From NCBI GenBank assembly GCA_012295275.1, contig CM022671.1, positions 3,286,001 to 3,350,000 of the forward strand: DNA of 64,000 bases. The letters are read 5' to 3'. The first letter of the stretch is position 1; each line of letters starts with the position of its first letter. Under the pieces are notes generated by a model that was not told the DNA's origin, did no database searches, and worked only from the letters and a program-made list of their open reading frames with translations. Position numbers and translations under genes: made by a program. The stretch is from Chrysomallon squamiferum. Taxonomy: Eukaryota; Animalia; Mollusca. Shown one piece after another: positions 12,677 to 25,312 of this stretch.

Positions 12677-13243
12677 TCACTTTCCAGCTACAAGATCTTT
12701 AATTTGATCCGTTAACCACTCAACCCCTTCATGCAAACCCTCGCCGGTTAGTGCGTCACTGTCACATATATGCCAAGGTTTTTCTCTTATTTCTGATAAT
12801 CCAAGTAATGTGGAGCATTTGACACTAGATACTGCGTCTCTAAGATCTTTCTTGTTAGCGAAAAACAGAATTGGTATCCGTCGTCTCTTTATATCTGGAT
12901 GTTCTAGAAGCAAATCTAGTTCGTCTTTCGCGACCACCATTCGAAGTTTGTCAGCACTGTCTATAACGAACACAATTCCGTGACATTCCTTGTAGTATGC
13001 CTCCCACAGATTGCGATAACGTCCCTGACCAGACATATCAAACATAGTAAACGATAAATTTTTCGATTTCACTTTCTCGACACTAAATCCAACTGTTGGA
13101 ACAATATCGTGGTTTTTGGCTTCTAGCGGCTTTAGGTGATTAATTATCGTGGATTTACCACTGTTATCTAGACCAACAACCAGAATGTTTGCTTCCTTCT
13201 TTTTTATTCCAAGAAATTCAGCCAACTTGTCCAGCAAACCCAT
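12677..13243 (-). CDS. ARL6: ADP-ribosylation factor-like protein 6 (BBS3), 188 aa, intronless CDS
   Basis: Myristoylation-type start MGLLDKL; P-loop GLDNSGKS; IVPTVGF; [14 protein letters not shown]; [12 protein letters not shown]; [13 protein letters not shown]; [16 protein letters not shown]. These are ARL6 signatures. The real ATG is at 13243, not the TTG at 13288. Confidence 0.96.
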   Translation of the reverse strand: MGLLDKLAEFLGIKKKEANILVVGLDNSGKSTIINHLKPLEAKNHDIVPTVGFSVEKVKSKNLSFTMFDMSGQGRYRNLWEAYYKECHGIVFVIDSADKLRMVVAKDELDLLLEHPDIKRRRIPILFFANKKDLRDAVSSVKCSTLLGLSEIREKPWHICDSDALTGEGLHEGVEWLTDQIKDLVAGK

Positions 13244-13345
13244 CGTTTTTATTTTAAAAAGATTATAGTAGTTTAAAACGGTATCCAAGCAGTGAACTTT
13301 TGTGAAGCAGGCAGCTGAACGGAAACAAACCAGAATTTAGTAATT

Positions 13346-13369
13346 GTTACTTAAGGCATCTATGACAAC
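13346..13369 (-). promoter_or_regulatory. Candidate RFX X-box upstream of ARL6
   Basis: GTTGTCATAGATGC on the minus strand (13369-13356), ~115 nt upstream of the ATG, overlapped by a second half-site GTTACT at 13346. BBS genes are established RFX targets. Confidence 0.55.
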
Positions 13370-14579
13370 AGGTATGCATATGGACGGCATAAATGGACGG
13401 AATGAGAGATAATGAACAATTACAGTTCTTAGGTCATCTGATAATTTAACTAACAAAAACAAAACAAATCAAATCATAATGACATAAGCATACACACGAA
13501 TTCAGTAGAATTCTTAACTAAACTATTTCCCACAAATCTTTGACAACACACATGCGCAAATAAATGCCTTTTCCCTTAGTCTAATATATTCCAAACAACT
13601 TATTTCTTTTATTATAAAATGATGCCTTCCTATAATTCATTTACCTGTCTAAATCATATGGTTATTGATTATATTGTGATATCAATATATTACAAATATA
13701 TATATGTATATCATTTTACAAAAAATCTGATATTTTCTAAACATCTGAATAATTTATTTTCTAATGTATTTACAGTATATCACTATACAAACGTTACGCT
13801 TTTATGACCAGCATTTAAACATAAGTTGATGCAAACTATCATTTATCTCTGAAAGAAATAAAACTTTAAAAACTCTTAATTATTATTTTAATGGCATTTA
13901 CTGAGAAAAAAAAACTATGCTGAGTCTTGATATAAATAAATAGTATTTAAATTGGAAGTGTTATTATCTTGGAATAGTAATTATTAGCAAGTATTATTAT
14001 TATTATTTTTTTTATTATTATTTTTTTTTTACTCAATTAATATTTTTGTAAATTCATCTTTACATTAGTATAATACTTCTATTATACCAAATGTATTATC
14101 GATATTACCATATAAATCACTTTGTTGCTTTGTAGTGTGATGATACCAATTTTGTTGTTGTTGTTGTTGTTGTTGTTTTAATTCTGGTATGAAATAAACT
14201 ATAAATAAAATATGTACCAACCACTGCCCTTTACAATACAGTCTTGATTTTCTACAAATCGTTTTAAAGACTGACACGTACTGACCTCTAAGTAAATACT
14301 AGTTATTTTACGTATCTCTAATACATTGACAACCAACACTGGTCATGTAGAATGTAGTTTAAAGGTCGATAACTCCACAAAAATGCGATAATAATAATAA
14401 TAATGAAAAAGATTATGTATAAAATAATTTGACCCACAATTTATGTCAAATGCGAAATCTGCATAATATTAGACTATTTATACAGTTATTTATTCGAACA
14501 ATCAATATTATTAGATTAGTATTCGATGTGCTACTATTTCAAGTTTGTGCAATACCTATTTTTTTTGTGTGTGATTTGA

Positions 14580-14948
14580 AATGTTTCCAAGATGTCCCCG
14601 CCACCCTCTGTTGATTATCGTTGTTGAAGCGAAATCCTTTATGAAACGGCCATGTTTATCGCCGTGTACTATATAACGTTTTGCTAAATGATAAACCGAT
14701 TGCTGCATTATTGGATATTACCTGTGTTTTCTTCGTATTTCTTTAATATTTTATATTTTAAGTGTGATAACTCGAAATGTTAGTAATATTTACAAATGGC
14801 CATGACCCAGTTAATCATGAATGTGAAAAAATAGATGGAGTATGGATTAATTAAAAACTTCAGATTGGACAGAATCGCTGACAGGGGATATTCTTACAGA
14901 ACAAATGAACCGACAGGTCGTACAACCGTGTTATACACATAAATAAAG
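14580..14948 (+). promoter_or_regulatory. Candidate TAF3 promoter and non-coding first exon
   Basis: CpG-enriched patch with CCCCGCCACC at ~14595 and a strong donor AAG|GTGAGT at 14949. The TAF3 ATG is preceded by an acceptor (CACAG|ACAATG), so an upstream exon must exist. Confidence 0.4.
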
Positions 14949-15514
14949 GTGAGTGCGATTGTTATACAAAAGATGTAAAAAAATGAGGAACTTTGAAAAT
15001 ACATGCTTCAAAAGATTGTTTAGCTAGCTGCCTCTCGGCATGTTTTGGATGTATATCTATCCATTTTACGACAGTTAATCATTATTTCTTCACCACTGTA
15101 TAAAATAATATTCTCACTTCACATTCAGTTGTTAAACTTTCATTTTCTTTCCTTATGAAAAACGTGAACACTTTGGAAAGAAGAAAACAATTTTAATTTT
15201 TGATTAAGTGTTTTTGGATTATCAGTTAAAGTAACAAAAGCTGCAGATCCTTGATTTAATTATAGAGAATCAAACATCTTGCTTTCTAATCACAGTGATG
15301 ACAATAAAACAACAGTCAAATACAATGTTTACATCTTTATCTTACTAGTGACATTAGCTTGACCCACATACAAATAATGGATCAACTGACATAATTATTA
15401 CATGCTTTCATGTATTCAGGTAACAAATCACATACATTCTTCTGATGTAATTGTCAAATATACATTTTCATAATTCATACATCAATATATATATTAAAGT
15501 ATTCTGATGATGCA

Positions 15515-15830
15515 GATTAAATACATCATCTGATACATTTCACACATTCGCTAATGTTAAACATATCCTTTAGTACATTGCATACATCATCTAATATATC
15601 ACATACATAATCTAATACATAACATGTATCTTCTAACACATTACATGTCATCTAATACATTATATGCATCACCTAATACATTATGTATATCCTATTATAC
15701 ATAACACAAATCTTCTAATATATTACATACATCATCTTATACATTACATATATCATTTAACACATTGTATACATCATTTAATAGATTGTACATATTTTCT
15801 GATATTTGTATATACATCATCTAATGCCTA
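15515..15830. repeat. Degenerate ~22-bp minisatellite (CATCATCTAATACATTACATAT-like)
   Basis: About a dozen diverged copies of catcatctaatacatt visible in tandem. Confidence 0.8.
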
Positions 15831-17016
15831 ATCTCATACATTTACAAAGATAGAAATTGTGTGCATTATTTCACAAATATTTTGTATATTTAAAAGTATA
15901 TTAAAGCAATTTGTTGTTGTACAAAGTAGTAAGATAGGTATATATCATATTTTTGTATGTGTTGAAATGCAGGGATATTCCAGTTGACTTAAGCAGTTAA
16001 TTACCACCTATTTAGCATAATTGTACAATAGTAGTAAAGTGACAGGACTGCTAGAATCTCCACTGAGACACCTAATTAGCAGGTTATTTAGTATTTACAA
16101 TGTTTTTGTTCTTGTCAAATACTATAATACAAGTTAATTATTTATTATACTTGCTATGAAAAAGCAAAAGTAAAATTAAGACAATAAGAAATAACATAAA
16201 AAAAAATATATATATGACACCCCTCCCCACAAAAACCCCCTATCAAAATCAAAGCAGTGTCTCTTATAGAATTTGTGCATAAAAAAAAAACTATTTAAAA
16301 GATGGTAAAATTGTATTTATGCATTCTCTTTTTCTATTTCTTTTTAATGTCACTGTGTTGTATGTTTCTGTATGTGTATATATATTGAAATATATGTATT
16401 TATTTTGTATTTTCTATATGAATGAATTTAATATACTCATACTATAAATTGCCTGTTTAGTAACATAACTACATATTTTTATGACATGAACATGCAAACC
16501 ATACATCATTTGCATAAAATTTCACATGTTAAAGAGAAATTTTTATTGTAAATTCAGAATCAGGATATTAATGAAATATTATGAAATTATTCAATTAATT
16601 TATTATAATCTTTAGGTGTAAAAAAATTTTTTTTTTAATTTCTTTTTCAATAGAAAGGTTTTATAATTGACTATTAATTAAGTGTATTCTGTGAACTATT
16701 AATATTTAAAAGTTTATTTGTATGATAAACAAAATTAAAAATATATATAAAATGAATTGATGATGTTTTATGAAATCTTCTTAATACCTTTTTTGTTGCT
16801 TCGTTGCACTGTTTTTCTTCTTTTTTTCTCTCTATTTCAATTTCTTGTTATTTTATTATTTTATTGCTTTTTTTGTTTTTTTGTTTAAACAAGCCTACTG
16901 CTTTACTGACTAAATGTGAAATGTGTATTTAACACACACACATACACACAGATGTATACAGCATATATATATTATATATATAACAATTATATAATACATT
17001 TTTTTGCTCACAGACA

Positions 17017-20000
17017 ATGGCTACAGATTATTGTCGAGGTGTGCTGCGTGTCTGTGTTGCACAGCTGTGTCAGAATTTAGGTTGGCACAACACACAGTCG
17101 ACACCACTGGAGCTACTGACCAATGTTTTAGAAAGATACATCCTAGAACTTGGCAAAGTTTCACATCGATACAGTGAGCAGTGTAAGTTTAAACTGTTCT
17201 TTTTCTTAAAAACTGCTTAAATCAGTTGCAATGTTACTTTCAAGCAAACGATAATTTTTTATATTTTCACACTGTGAACAAAGCTTGAAATATTTTTACC
17301 CAAGTATTATGCTACATATCATAATAATATATATTTAGGTTAAGAGGATTCATTTATCTTTTAAAATAACATCTATAATAACAGAATCTGACAGTAGATT
17401 TCACAGTTATTTACTATTCAGTGTAATCACCATACTAAGTTTACTGATGTATAAAAGAAGTCACAACAAAAACATTTTCCATACGATGGCAGTATATATG
17501 AATTGCATATGCAGATAGATAACAATTATATGTTTGTAAGTATTTATAGTGTGTTCTGGATATGTGTTCATTTAATAAAGCTTTATTCCTTCTTATTAAA
17601 AAATGTGAACCAATATTTAATTACAGTTGGACGAACTGAACCTAACTTAGATGATCTCGCTCTAACATTCCGCCATGTTGGAATTCAGCTAGGAGAATTG
17701 GAGGATTATATTCGTCATATTGAACCTGTTCCATTTTCTCACGACACGATCAGCTTTCCAGCTCCAAAACAGAACAACCTGCAGTTCCCAAACTCACGAA
17801 GTTGTGAAATCCAGCAACACAGAGAAGAACACATTGACAGTCATCTACCTTACATGTACCCAGGCCTTGAAGGTCAGCTTCACTACAACAGTAAATGAAT
17901 TATTGCATCTCTTACAACATTTTTAGATAATTTCTGTGTCATATAATAATAGATGAGAGTAAAATACCACTGTTGTAGCTAATTAGCAGCAAGGGACTTG
18001 TCGTGTGTACCTTATTCTTGGCAGAAAGATATACCACATGAGTTACTGTTTGTAAAGGAAAATTAGCTAGTGACTATAACTGTCAAATATATTGTTTATT
18101 ACTTTATGTTTCTAAAGCTCTCTTTTTATATATAAACAACACGAGAAATTTTATCATAATTCATCAAATCATTTGATTTCCTTTTTTTTCCTGTGATTGT
18201 TTTTTTCCTGTATTGGGAAATTATTAATTACAAACACATCCACCTGTAATAAAAATATGGGTATTTTGAGCATATCTTCAGACTGGTTCTGACTGTTGTA
18301 ACCTCAGAGAATGTTTAATCCTTATTCATATACAGTTTGTCTTCTGTCCACTATTTTTAACTTGACTAATAATTAATAATTACTGCAGATGAAGTTGAAG
18401 AAGAAAAGCCACCAGCAACACTTCCTGTTCCAACAGTGCCCTCCGAAGCAACATCTCCAACCATCAGTCCTCCGGGATCAGAGAAACGTAGCTGGCCTGG
18501 TTCTGCTGAAGGGGCACTTACAAAGAGATCAAGGTATGAAACAGGATCTGTCTACCACAATCTTTTAATCACCGTGTGGTGTCACATTTGCTATTTTACT
18601 GCCAGCCTTTTACTTTGATGCCAGATTACAGATTAACTGTATTCAGAGTAATATATTCATTTAAAAAAAAAAATATATGGGAAATGTTACATACAGCAAG
18701 TAAATCATCATTAATTGATTTCCTTTCATAATATACAGAATTTGTAAAATGTTAGTGGAATGTGATGAAAAACTGTAAAGATAGAACAAAGTACACACTG
18801 TATGTTGATTCTTGAAGGTTGTCATTTGTGAGTTACCTTTTTTGTTACACTATATCTTATGGGATTGTTAGCTGCCCTCATCATAAAAAGTCTGATTTTG
18901 GATTGATTTAGAACACAATTATTTGGTTTAATATAGTGTTTCAATAATAAGTTGTCAGTAAATAAAAGTATCTGCTTTGAAAGGAGACATACAGTGACAT
19001 TGTGTTGTGTAGATTTTTGCTGATTTATCACTGTACATTACAGGTTATCAGCAGCTGCTCTCCCAGAAGAAGCTGGACCCTCCCAGTATGAAATGATGAG
19101 TGTGGTGATGACACAGAATGGAGTTCTGACACCCACACGACAAGGAAAACTCCCAGATGCCCGCACCCCGCCACCTGGTTTCAGGCAGGCAATTCAGTTT
19201 TATAAGGAGAATCGTAAAGATGATGAGAAAAGTGACAGAAAAATGGACAAAAGTGTTGACGGTGAAAAACATTCAGATAAGAAGGAGGGGATTGAAAAAT
19301 GTCAGAGACTGTTTGAATCACCAGACAGACAAGTGGTAAGACCACTGAACAAACAAGAGAAAACTCCTGACAGACACATCAAGTTAGAAAAGTCAGATCA
19401 GCTGTCAGAAAGGACAGGGGTTCTGAAAGAGAACATCAAAAGAGAAAACTTGTCTAACGAAGAAATACTGAATGAAGAGGATGCGTCAGGAAACAGAAAT
19501 GTTCATCCCAAGAAAAAGATGTTGACAAAACATTTTAAGAAAGTTGCCGCAGCAGCTGAACATGCCAAAAAACAAGGCTCACCCAAACTGGGCAAACTTT
19601 CCAAATCTGGGAAGTCAAAATCACCATCTCGAGCATCTGCTGGGATAATAAAAATAAAAACTAAAATTAAGGACAAAGTGAAGAGTAACGCTGTTCATGA
19701 CCGGGAGAGTTGGCTCAAAGATTTCTTCCCTTCCAAACCAGAGGAGACAAAAGAGAAACCCCCATCAGCACCACCCCCAGCTCCTCCTCCTCCTCCTCCT
19801 CCTCCCCCTCAGGTTCCACCAATAGTCACATCACCAAATAGGCAGGCAAATGCTGGAATCACAGCGTCTCAAATGAAGGAAGCTCTGAAGGAGAGCAAGA
19901 AAGTGAAATTATTTGAAAAAGGTGCCAAAGGTGTTCCAAAGACTAAAATAATTGTAGTACATCCAAAAGCTCCAGTTTCTGAAACACCAAAGATCTCTTC

Positions 20001-21254
20001 AGGTTTGGATGAAGATTCGGGGAATTCTTGTGATCATTCACCAGAGAGACTTGTCATTGCTGAAAATGATGTGAAAGTTAAAGAATCACAGAAAGCCAGG
20101 AAGGCCAGGCTGGCTGGAATTGATGAAAGTATTGATTCAGTGATTCGTAATTCTGCAGCGCTGGCAGACGAAGAGGCAAGGAATGCGTGTAATGTTAAAG
20201 ACAAAATTTTAGAAATTTCTGAAAACAACCTGACGTGGTTAAGAAAAAAGAAAAAGTAAAATCAAAGAATTCAGAAAAAACAAAGAAAAAAGATAAATCA
20301 GGATCAAGTGTTAAAAATTACAGCAGTTCAGACTCTATATTCGCCAGTATTGATTCGGTTATTAGACAGTCAGCAGAGGAAATTGATGTCCGTGCTACAC
20401 CGGTTGTGGTGAAAGAGGAAATACCCTCACCATTAGTAACTGAACCACAACCACCACCAGAACCAGAACCAATCAGAGAAGTAAACAATGCTCCCTCACT
20501 CTTGTTCCCTCCAGTACAGCTGAAAACTCCAAAGAGATCTCCAGGCAGGCCTCGTAAGAAACCACGAGGTAAAGCAGCAGCCAAAGCCAAGGATCACATA
20601 ATGAGAGACATTTTCAAGTCACAGATACAGAAAAAAATGTCATCAGACAACCATCATGCAGAGGTGAAACCAGAACCAATCGTTTCACCTGAGATCTCAG
20701 TCTATGACTTTCCAGAGAGCCCTGGTCCTCCAGAAACTAAGAAACCTAGAATAATGTCTCCAAAAAATACAAGTACATTGAAAACCCCCATAGCAGACAC
20801 AGTGCTCCCTTCATTCCCAACACTGCCTGCTGTGACAGTGTCACATACTGTAGCAGATTCTATAGCTGTTAGTTCACACACAGGAGTTGAAAAGGAGAAA
20901 AAAGTGAAGAAAGATAAAGATAGGAAAGAGAAAAAGGAAAAAGATAGATCTAAAGTAAGTTAATGCATTATGATGTTCAGGAAAAAATTATTTTAAGTTG
21001 GATATATATTTACATAATTTTTAAAGAACAAATTAAGAAAGAAAAAGCTGTGTAACCAAAAAAAAAAAAAAAAATAATAATAATAATAACGAATAAAATA
21101 AAATAAATAAATAAATAAATCAAACATATTTTGTTTTAAATAATTATGGTCATTTCTGAGCCTATATTTATTAAAACATTTCATGGTTGTTTCTTATTCT
21201 TATTATTACTCTTCAGAGAATATTAAATCAATTTTTTTAATTATTATTATTTTG

Positions 21255-21329
<75 letters not shown>

Positions 21330-24300
21330 TTGTTTACTTCATTGCTGTTAACAACATCAACTAGTGAAAACAATTTTTTTATTTTTGGGGGATTTTGTTT
21401 TTTTAATTCTAAAAACTATTATGATCAGATTAATTTCATCAGTACAGACAGAGAGACAGACACACACCCACACTGACTCTTACACGAATGGGTATTGTGA
21501 TGACACAAAATGGAGTTCTGACAACAAGGAAAACTCCCAGATTCCTGCACTCCACCACCTGTCATTCATCATTACTGGAAACATTTTAAAAAATATATTT
21601 AGTGTGTATTTGTTCTAAAGATTTTTTTATATTCACAACTATGCTGATGGTTAATTTTTAAGGACAAAGAGCATCGGAAAGAGAAGAAAGAAAAGAAACG
21701 AGATAAAGAAAAGAAGAAGAAAAATAAAGATCGAGAGAGAGGGAAAGACAAGGACAGAATGAAAGATGATAAATTTATGGTTTGTTTGATTTTACTTTAT
21801 AAATAATAACATATTTTTAACGTAGACTAGATATAATTTTTGTATATTTGATCCCTGAAAGCTTTTGTAAAATTCAAACAAAGTGAACATTACATTTCTA
21901 TTTTATATGTAAAATCAACTTAGGTTTTGGAATTGATTACATACTTTCAATCTCTCTAGTTTGATCAACTTTTGAGTTTTTGACATATGGAAAAATGGCA
22001 TAGATAAACTGACAGTTTTATTGTCTGTTATCGTAATATTACTAGCAGTGTGAATATTTTATGTAAATTTGTTAAAAAAATACTAATGTTCATTTATAAT
22101 TTTTTCATATTTTTTCCAGTTTTTAAATTTGTTTTTGTATAGATGATGAACAAAATTCTTACGCACACACACATATTCCATAAATAATTTGTTGAGAAGT
22201 ATTTTCAAATTTAGTTTGACAAATGTGCATTCACTGATTCATTCACGCATCCATTTATTCATTTCTTCAGTCATTCATCAGTTCATTCTTTCATTTTGAA
22301 CAGGACACATTTGAAGCTCTGCCAGGCTATGTACCAAAGATCAAGTTAAACATTAAACTAGGAAGTGCTCCGAGTTCCAGTGTGGCTGTGTCTGTGTCAG
22401 AAAATAAATTAATGTCTCCTCAGCATGAAGTGTCTGTAGCTGGAAATAGTTCATCATCATCATCCTCTCTAATTAAACCATCTCGTCCAGAAATACCCAA
22501 ACTGTGAGTTGATTCTTATAACACTTTCTTTAGTTCATTTATTTGTAAACATGCAACAGACAGTATTTTTGTTGTATTGTTTAGATTTGTGACATTGTAC
22601 CACATATTTGCTTATTTAAAACCTTAGTTCTTTAAATTTTATTTTATCTATGTGTGGGTGTGTGTGTATGTATGATTATGCAAGTATATATAAAAAAAAA
22701 TTGTGGTTTTTTAATTTTTATAATAGATTTTCTTGTGCATGTTGTTTACCTAACATGTGAGTGAAGTTCATTGGTAATAAATAATTGAATTACCTTGTTA
22801 GATAGTGAATATAAATAGATACTTAATTTTGTTTATTTAACATCAGGTACTGGATGAAACTAATTAAGTTTTGTTTGTTTTCATTCAGGTACTAATAGTT
22901 TAATAATAAGTTTTAAAAGTAATTGAAAAAATTTGAGAATGCAGTAAATAAATAAGTGATGTTTTATTTTTTATTTCAGTGTTATAAAGCCAATACGATG
23001 TGAATCACTTGATATACGATCACCTGAACCAGCGCCTTCACCAGCTGCCAAATCTCCCACAAAAGTGAAGTCACCAGCAAGGGCTAAATCACCATTAAAA
23101 ACTAGGTCACCATCACCCTCTCCTACCCGTTCCCCATCTCAATCCCGATCCCCATCTCCAGAACTTCAGCCTTTGAAGTCAGTCACAGTGGAGAGACTAC
23201 CTTCTCCTCATGTGTCACCTACATCAAAAGCAACAACACCAGAAAAGTCCCCCAGTCCACCTCCTCGGTCACCCACTCCAGATTCTTCTCCAGCACGGCC
23301 ACAGAAGTCTCCAACTCCATCACCCAAAGCTCCAAGCCAACCCTCCCGTTCACCCTCTCCAGAACCTGTTCATTCTCCAATCCCATCACCATCACCTCCA
23401 TCACCACTATCTCCTCCATCACCACCATCACCACTATCTCCTCCATCACCACCATCACCACCATCTCCTCAGTCACCCCCATCACCTGAACGTCATAACA
23501 GTCCATCCCCTCCTCCTCCTCCTCCTCAACGGACACCTACACCTCCCCCTAGAACTCCCAGCCCTGCCCCTCATTCACCATTACCCAGAACTCCATCACC
23601 AACTCCTAGAACTCCATCACCAACAAGAACTCCATCTCCACATTCACCATCATCACCAGCGGACCGATCACTCCCAGAGTCACCCTCAAACAGTAAGTCA
23701 ACACCGTCACCCACCAAGTCCTCCCGTTCATCGCCTAAAAGTTCTCCTGTTTTAGCATCACCACCAACGCCACGAGAAGCAGCTAAGAGGGCGGCAGAGA
23801 AGGTGTCAGCTTCACGGTCACCAGCAACATCGAAAGGGTCACCTGGTGACATGTCGCGAGCCGTGATTGTTGAGACTGTTGGCACATTCGTGGTAAACAT
23901 GATAGTCCATCAAATTAATGTTGTCTGTGTGATTATTAAAAAAAGTTTTGTGACTCACTATATAAGTTGTATTACTAAAACAATTTTTGTAAATCTCTGT
24001 GTGTAAGTTATTTACTAAACACGTTTTGTTATTTACTGTGTGTGAGTAATTTACTAAACAAATATTGTGACTTGCTGTGTGTAAGTTATTTACTAAACAA
24101 GTATTGTGACTCTCTGTTTACAAGTTATTTACTAAACGGGTGATGAGTCAATATATACAACTTATTTACTAAACAAGTATGGCGACTTACTGTACAAGTT
24201 ATTTACTAAACAAATATTGACCCACTTGATACAAGCTATTTACTGTTATATAAACAAGTATTGATTTAACATGTACAAGTCATTTACTAAACAAGTATTG

Positions 24301-25312
24301 ATTTACCATGTACAAGTTATTTACTAATCAAGTATTGATTTACCACATACAAGTTATTTACTAAACATGTTTTGTGATTGACTGTGTAAAGTTTTTTTTT
24401 ACTAAATAAGTATCATGACTCATTGTACAAGTTATTTACGAAACACATATAATGACTCCCTGTACAAATTATTTACTAAACAAGTTTTCTGACTCGCAGT
24501 GTATAAGTTTATTTATTAACGAGTATGGTGACTTATCGTGTAAAAGTTATTTATTAAGAAAGTATCGTGACTCGGTGTACAAGTTATCTTTTACTAAACA
24601 GATAGTCTGTTTTTCAGGATGCATCAGGACAGCAGATCTGGATATGTCCTGCATGTAAGATGCCAGATGATGGAAGTCCTATGATTGGATGTGACGGTTG
24701 TGATGACTGGTATCACTGGTACGTTATACAAAATATTTCTTTTTTTATTCAATATGATAATATCTTAAAGGCAGTTTTTAAGTATATAAATCTGAATCAG
24801 CTTTGTAAAATTTTATTGTAGAAAATATTCTAATTTTTTGGTATTTGTTTTAGTTACAAAATGATAAAGATATTTTTATGTGTCCAGTTTAAATAAGGTG
24901 CTCGTATAAATAGTATAAATATTTTTTGGCATTATATTGCATTAACTGACAATGCATTTGACAATGAAGTATATGCAGATTTAGTGTTTTACGGTAATAA
25001 AATTATCTAGCTGTGTTCACAGTAAATTAAATAGATTTCAAATTGCCTTTCAGTGGTAATAAAAATAAAATTCATCTCTCTTTGGTGTTACACAGTAACA
25101 AAAATATTTTGCTGTTTTAATTAAGAAATTATGTGCTTTTACAATTAAATAAAATTAATAAAATTCTTTATTTCAGGCCATGTGTTAACATTACAGAGGA
25201 ACCTCCTAAAGAACAGGACTGGTTTTGTCCACGATGTGCAGCTAAAAGCAAAGCTAAAGGGGTCAAAGGTCGAGGAAGGGGCAAAGGTCGTGGCCGAAAA
25301 AAGAAAGTTTAA
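17017..25312 (+). CDS. TAF3: Transcription initiation factor TFIID subunit 3 (histone-fold N-terminus, C-terminal PHD finger); one frame break at ~20223-20259
   Basis: Exons ~17017-17182, 17627-17872, 18389-18533, 19044-20954, 21663-21778, 22304-22503, 22980-23892, 24618-24718, 25177-25312. Motifs: VAQLCQNLGW, GRTEPNLDDL, REEHIDSHLP, GKLPDARTPP, and PHD IWICPACKMPDDGSPMIGCDGCDDWYHWPCV..WFCPRC. Confidence 0.93.
17975..18075. mobile_element. Possible decayed SINE remnant (Nin-domain-like)
   Basis: ATTAGCAGCAAGGGA at 17982-17996, followed by ATACCAC, resembles from memory the conserved central domain of Nin-type SINEs. Heavily diverged and not verified. Confidence 0.3.
21488..21561 (+). pseudogene. 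Decayed intronic duplicate of a TAF3 exon fragment (source 19096-19177)
   Basis: gtgatgacacaaaatggagttctgaca-acaaggaaaactcccagattcctgcactccaccacctg aligns to gtgatgacacagaatggagttctgacacccacacgacaaggaaaactcccagatgcccgcaccccgccacctg with an 8-nt deletion. Confidence 0.9.
23925..24600. repeat. ~37-40-bp minisatellite, ~17 copies, filling a TAF3 intron
   Basis: Recurrent core AAGTTATTTACTAAACAAGTATTG with a more variable TGACT..TGTAC linker. Confidence 0.92.

Noticed and set aside
13244-13288. 15-aa N-terminal extension of ARL6
   Set aside because: It starts at TTG; the ARF-family MG start is at 13243.
22840-22895. AG|GT recursive-splice-like sites in a TAF3 intron
   Set aside because: The intron is under 500 nt and such motifs arise by chance in T-rich sequence.
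23210-23900. His-rich alternative-frame ORF and antisense ORFs over the SP exon
   Set aside because: Shadows of CCA/TCA codon repeats, which lack stops in other frames.
23925-24600. CRISPR-like appearance (conserved core with variable linkers)
   Set aside because: The linkers are short and homologous to each other, there are no cas genes, and the array lies in a spliceosomal intron: it is a minisatellite.
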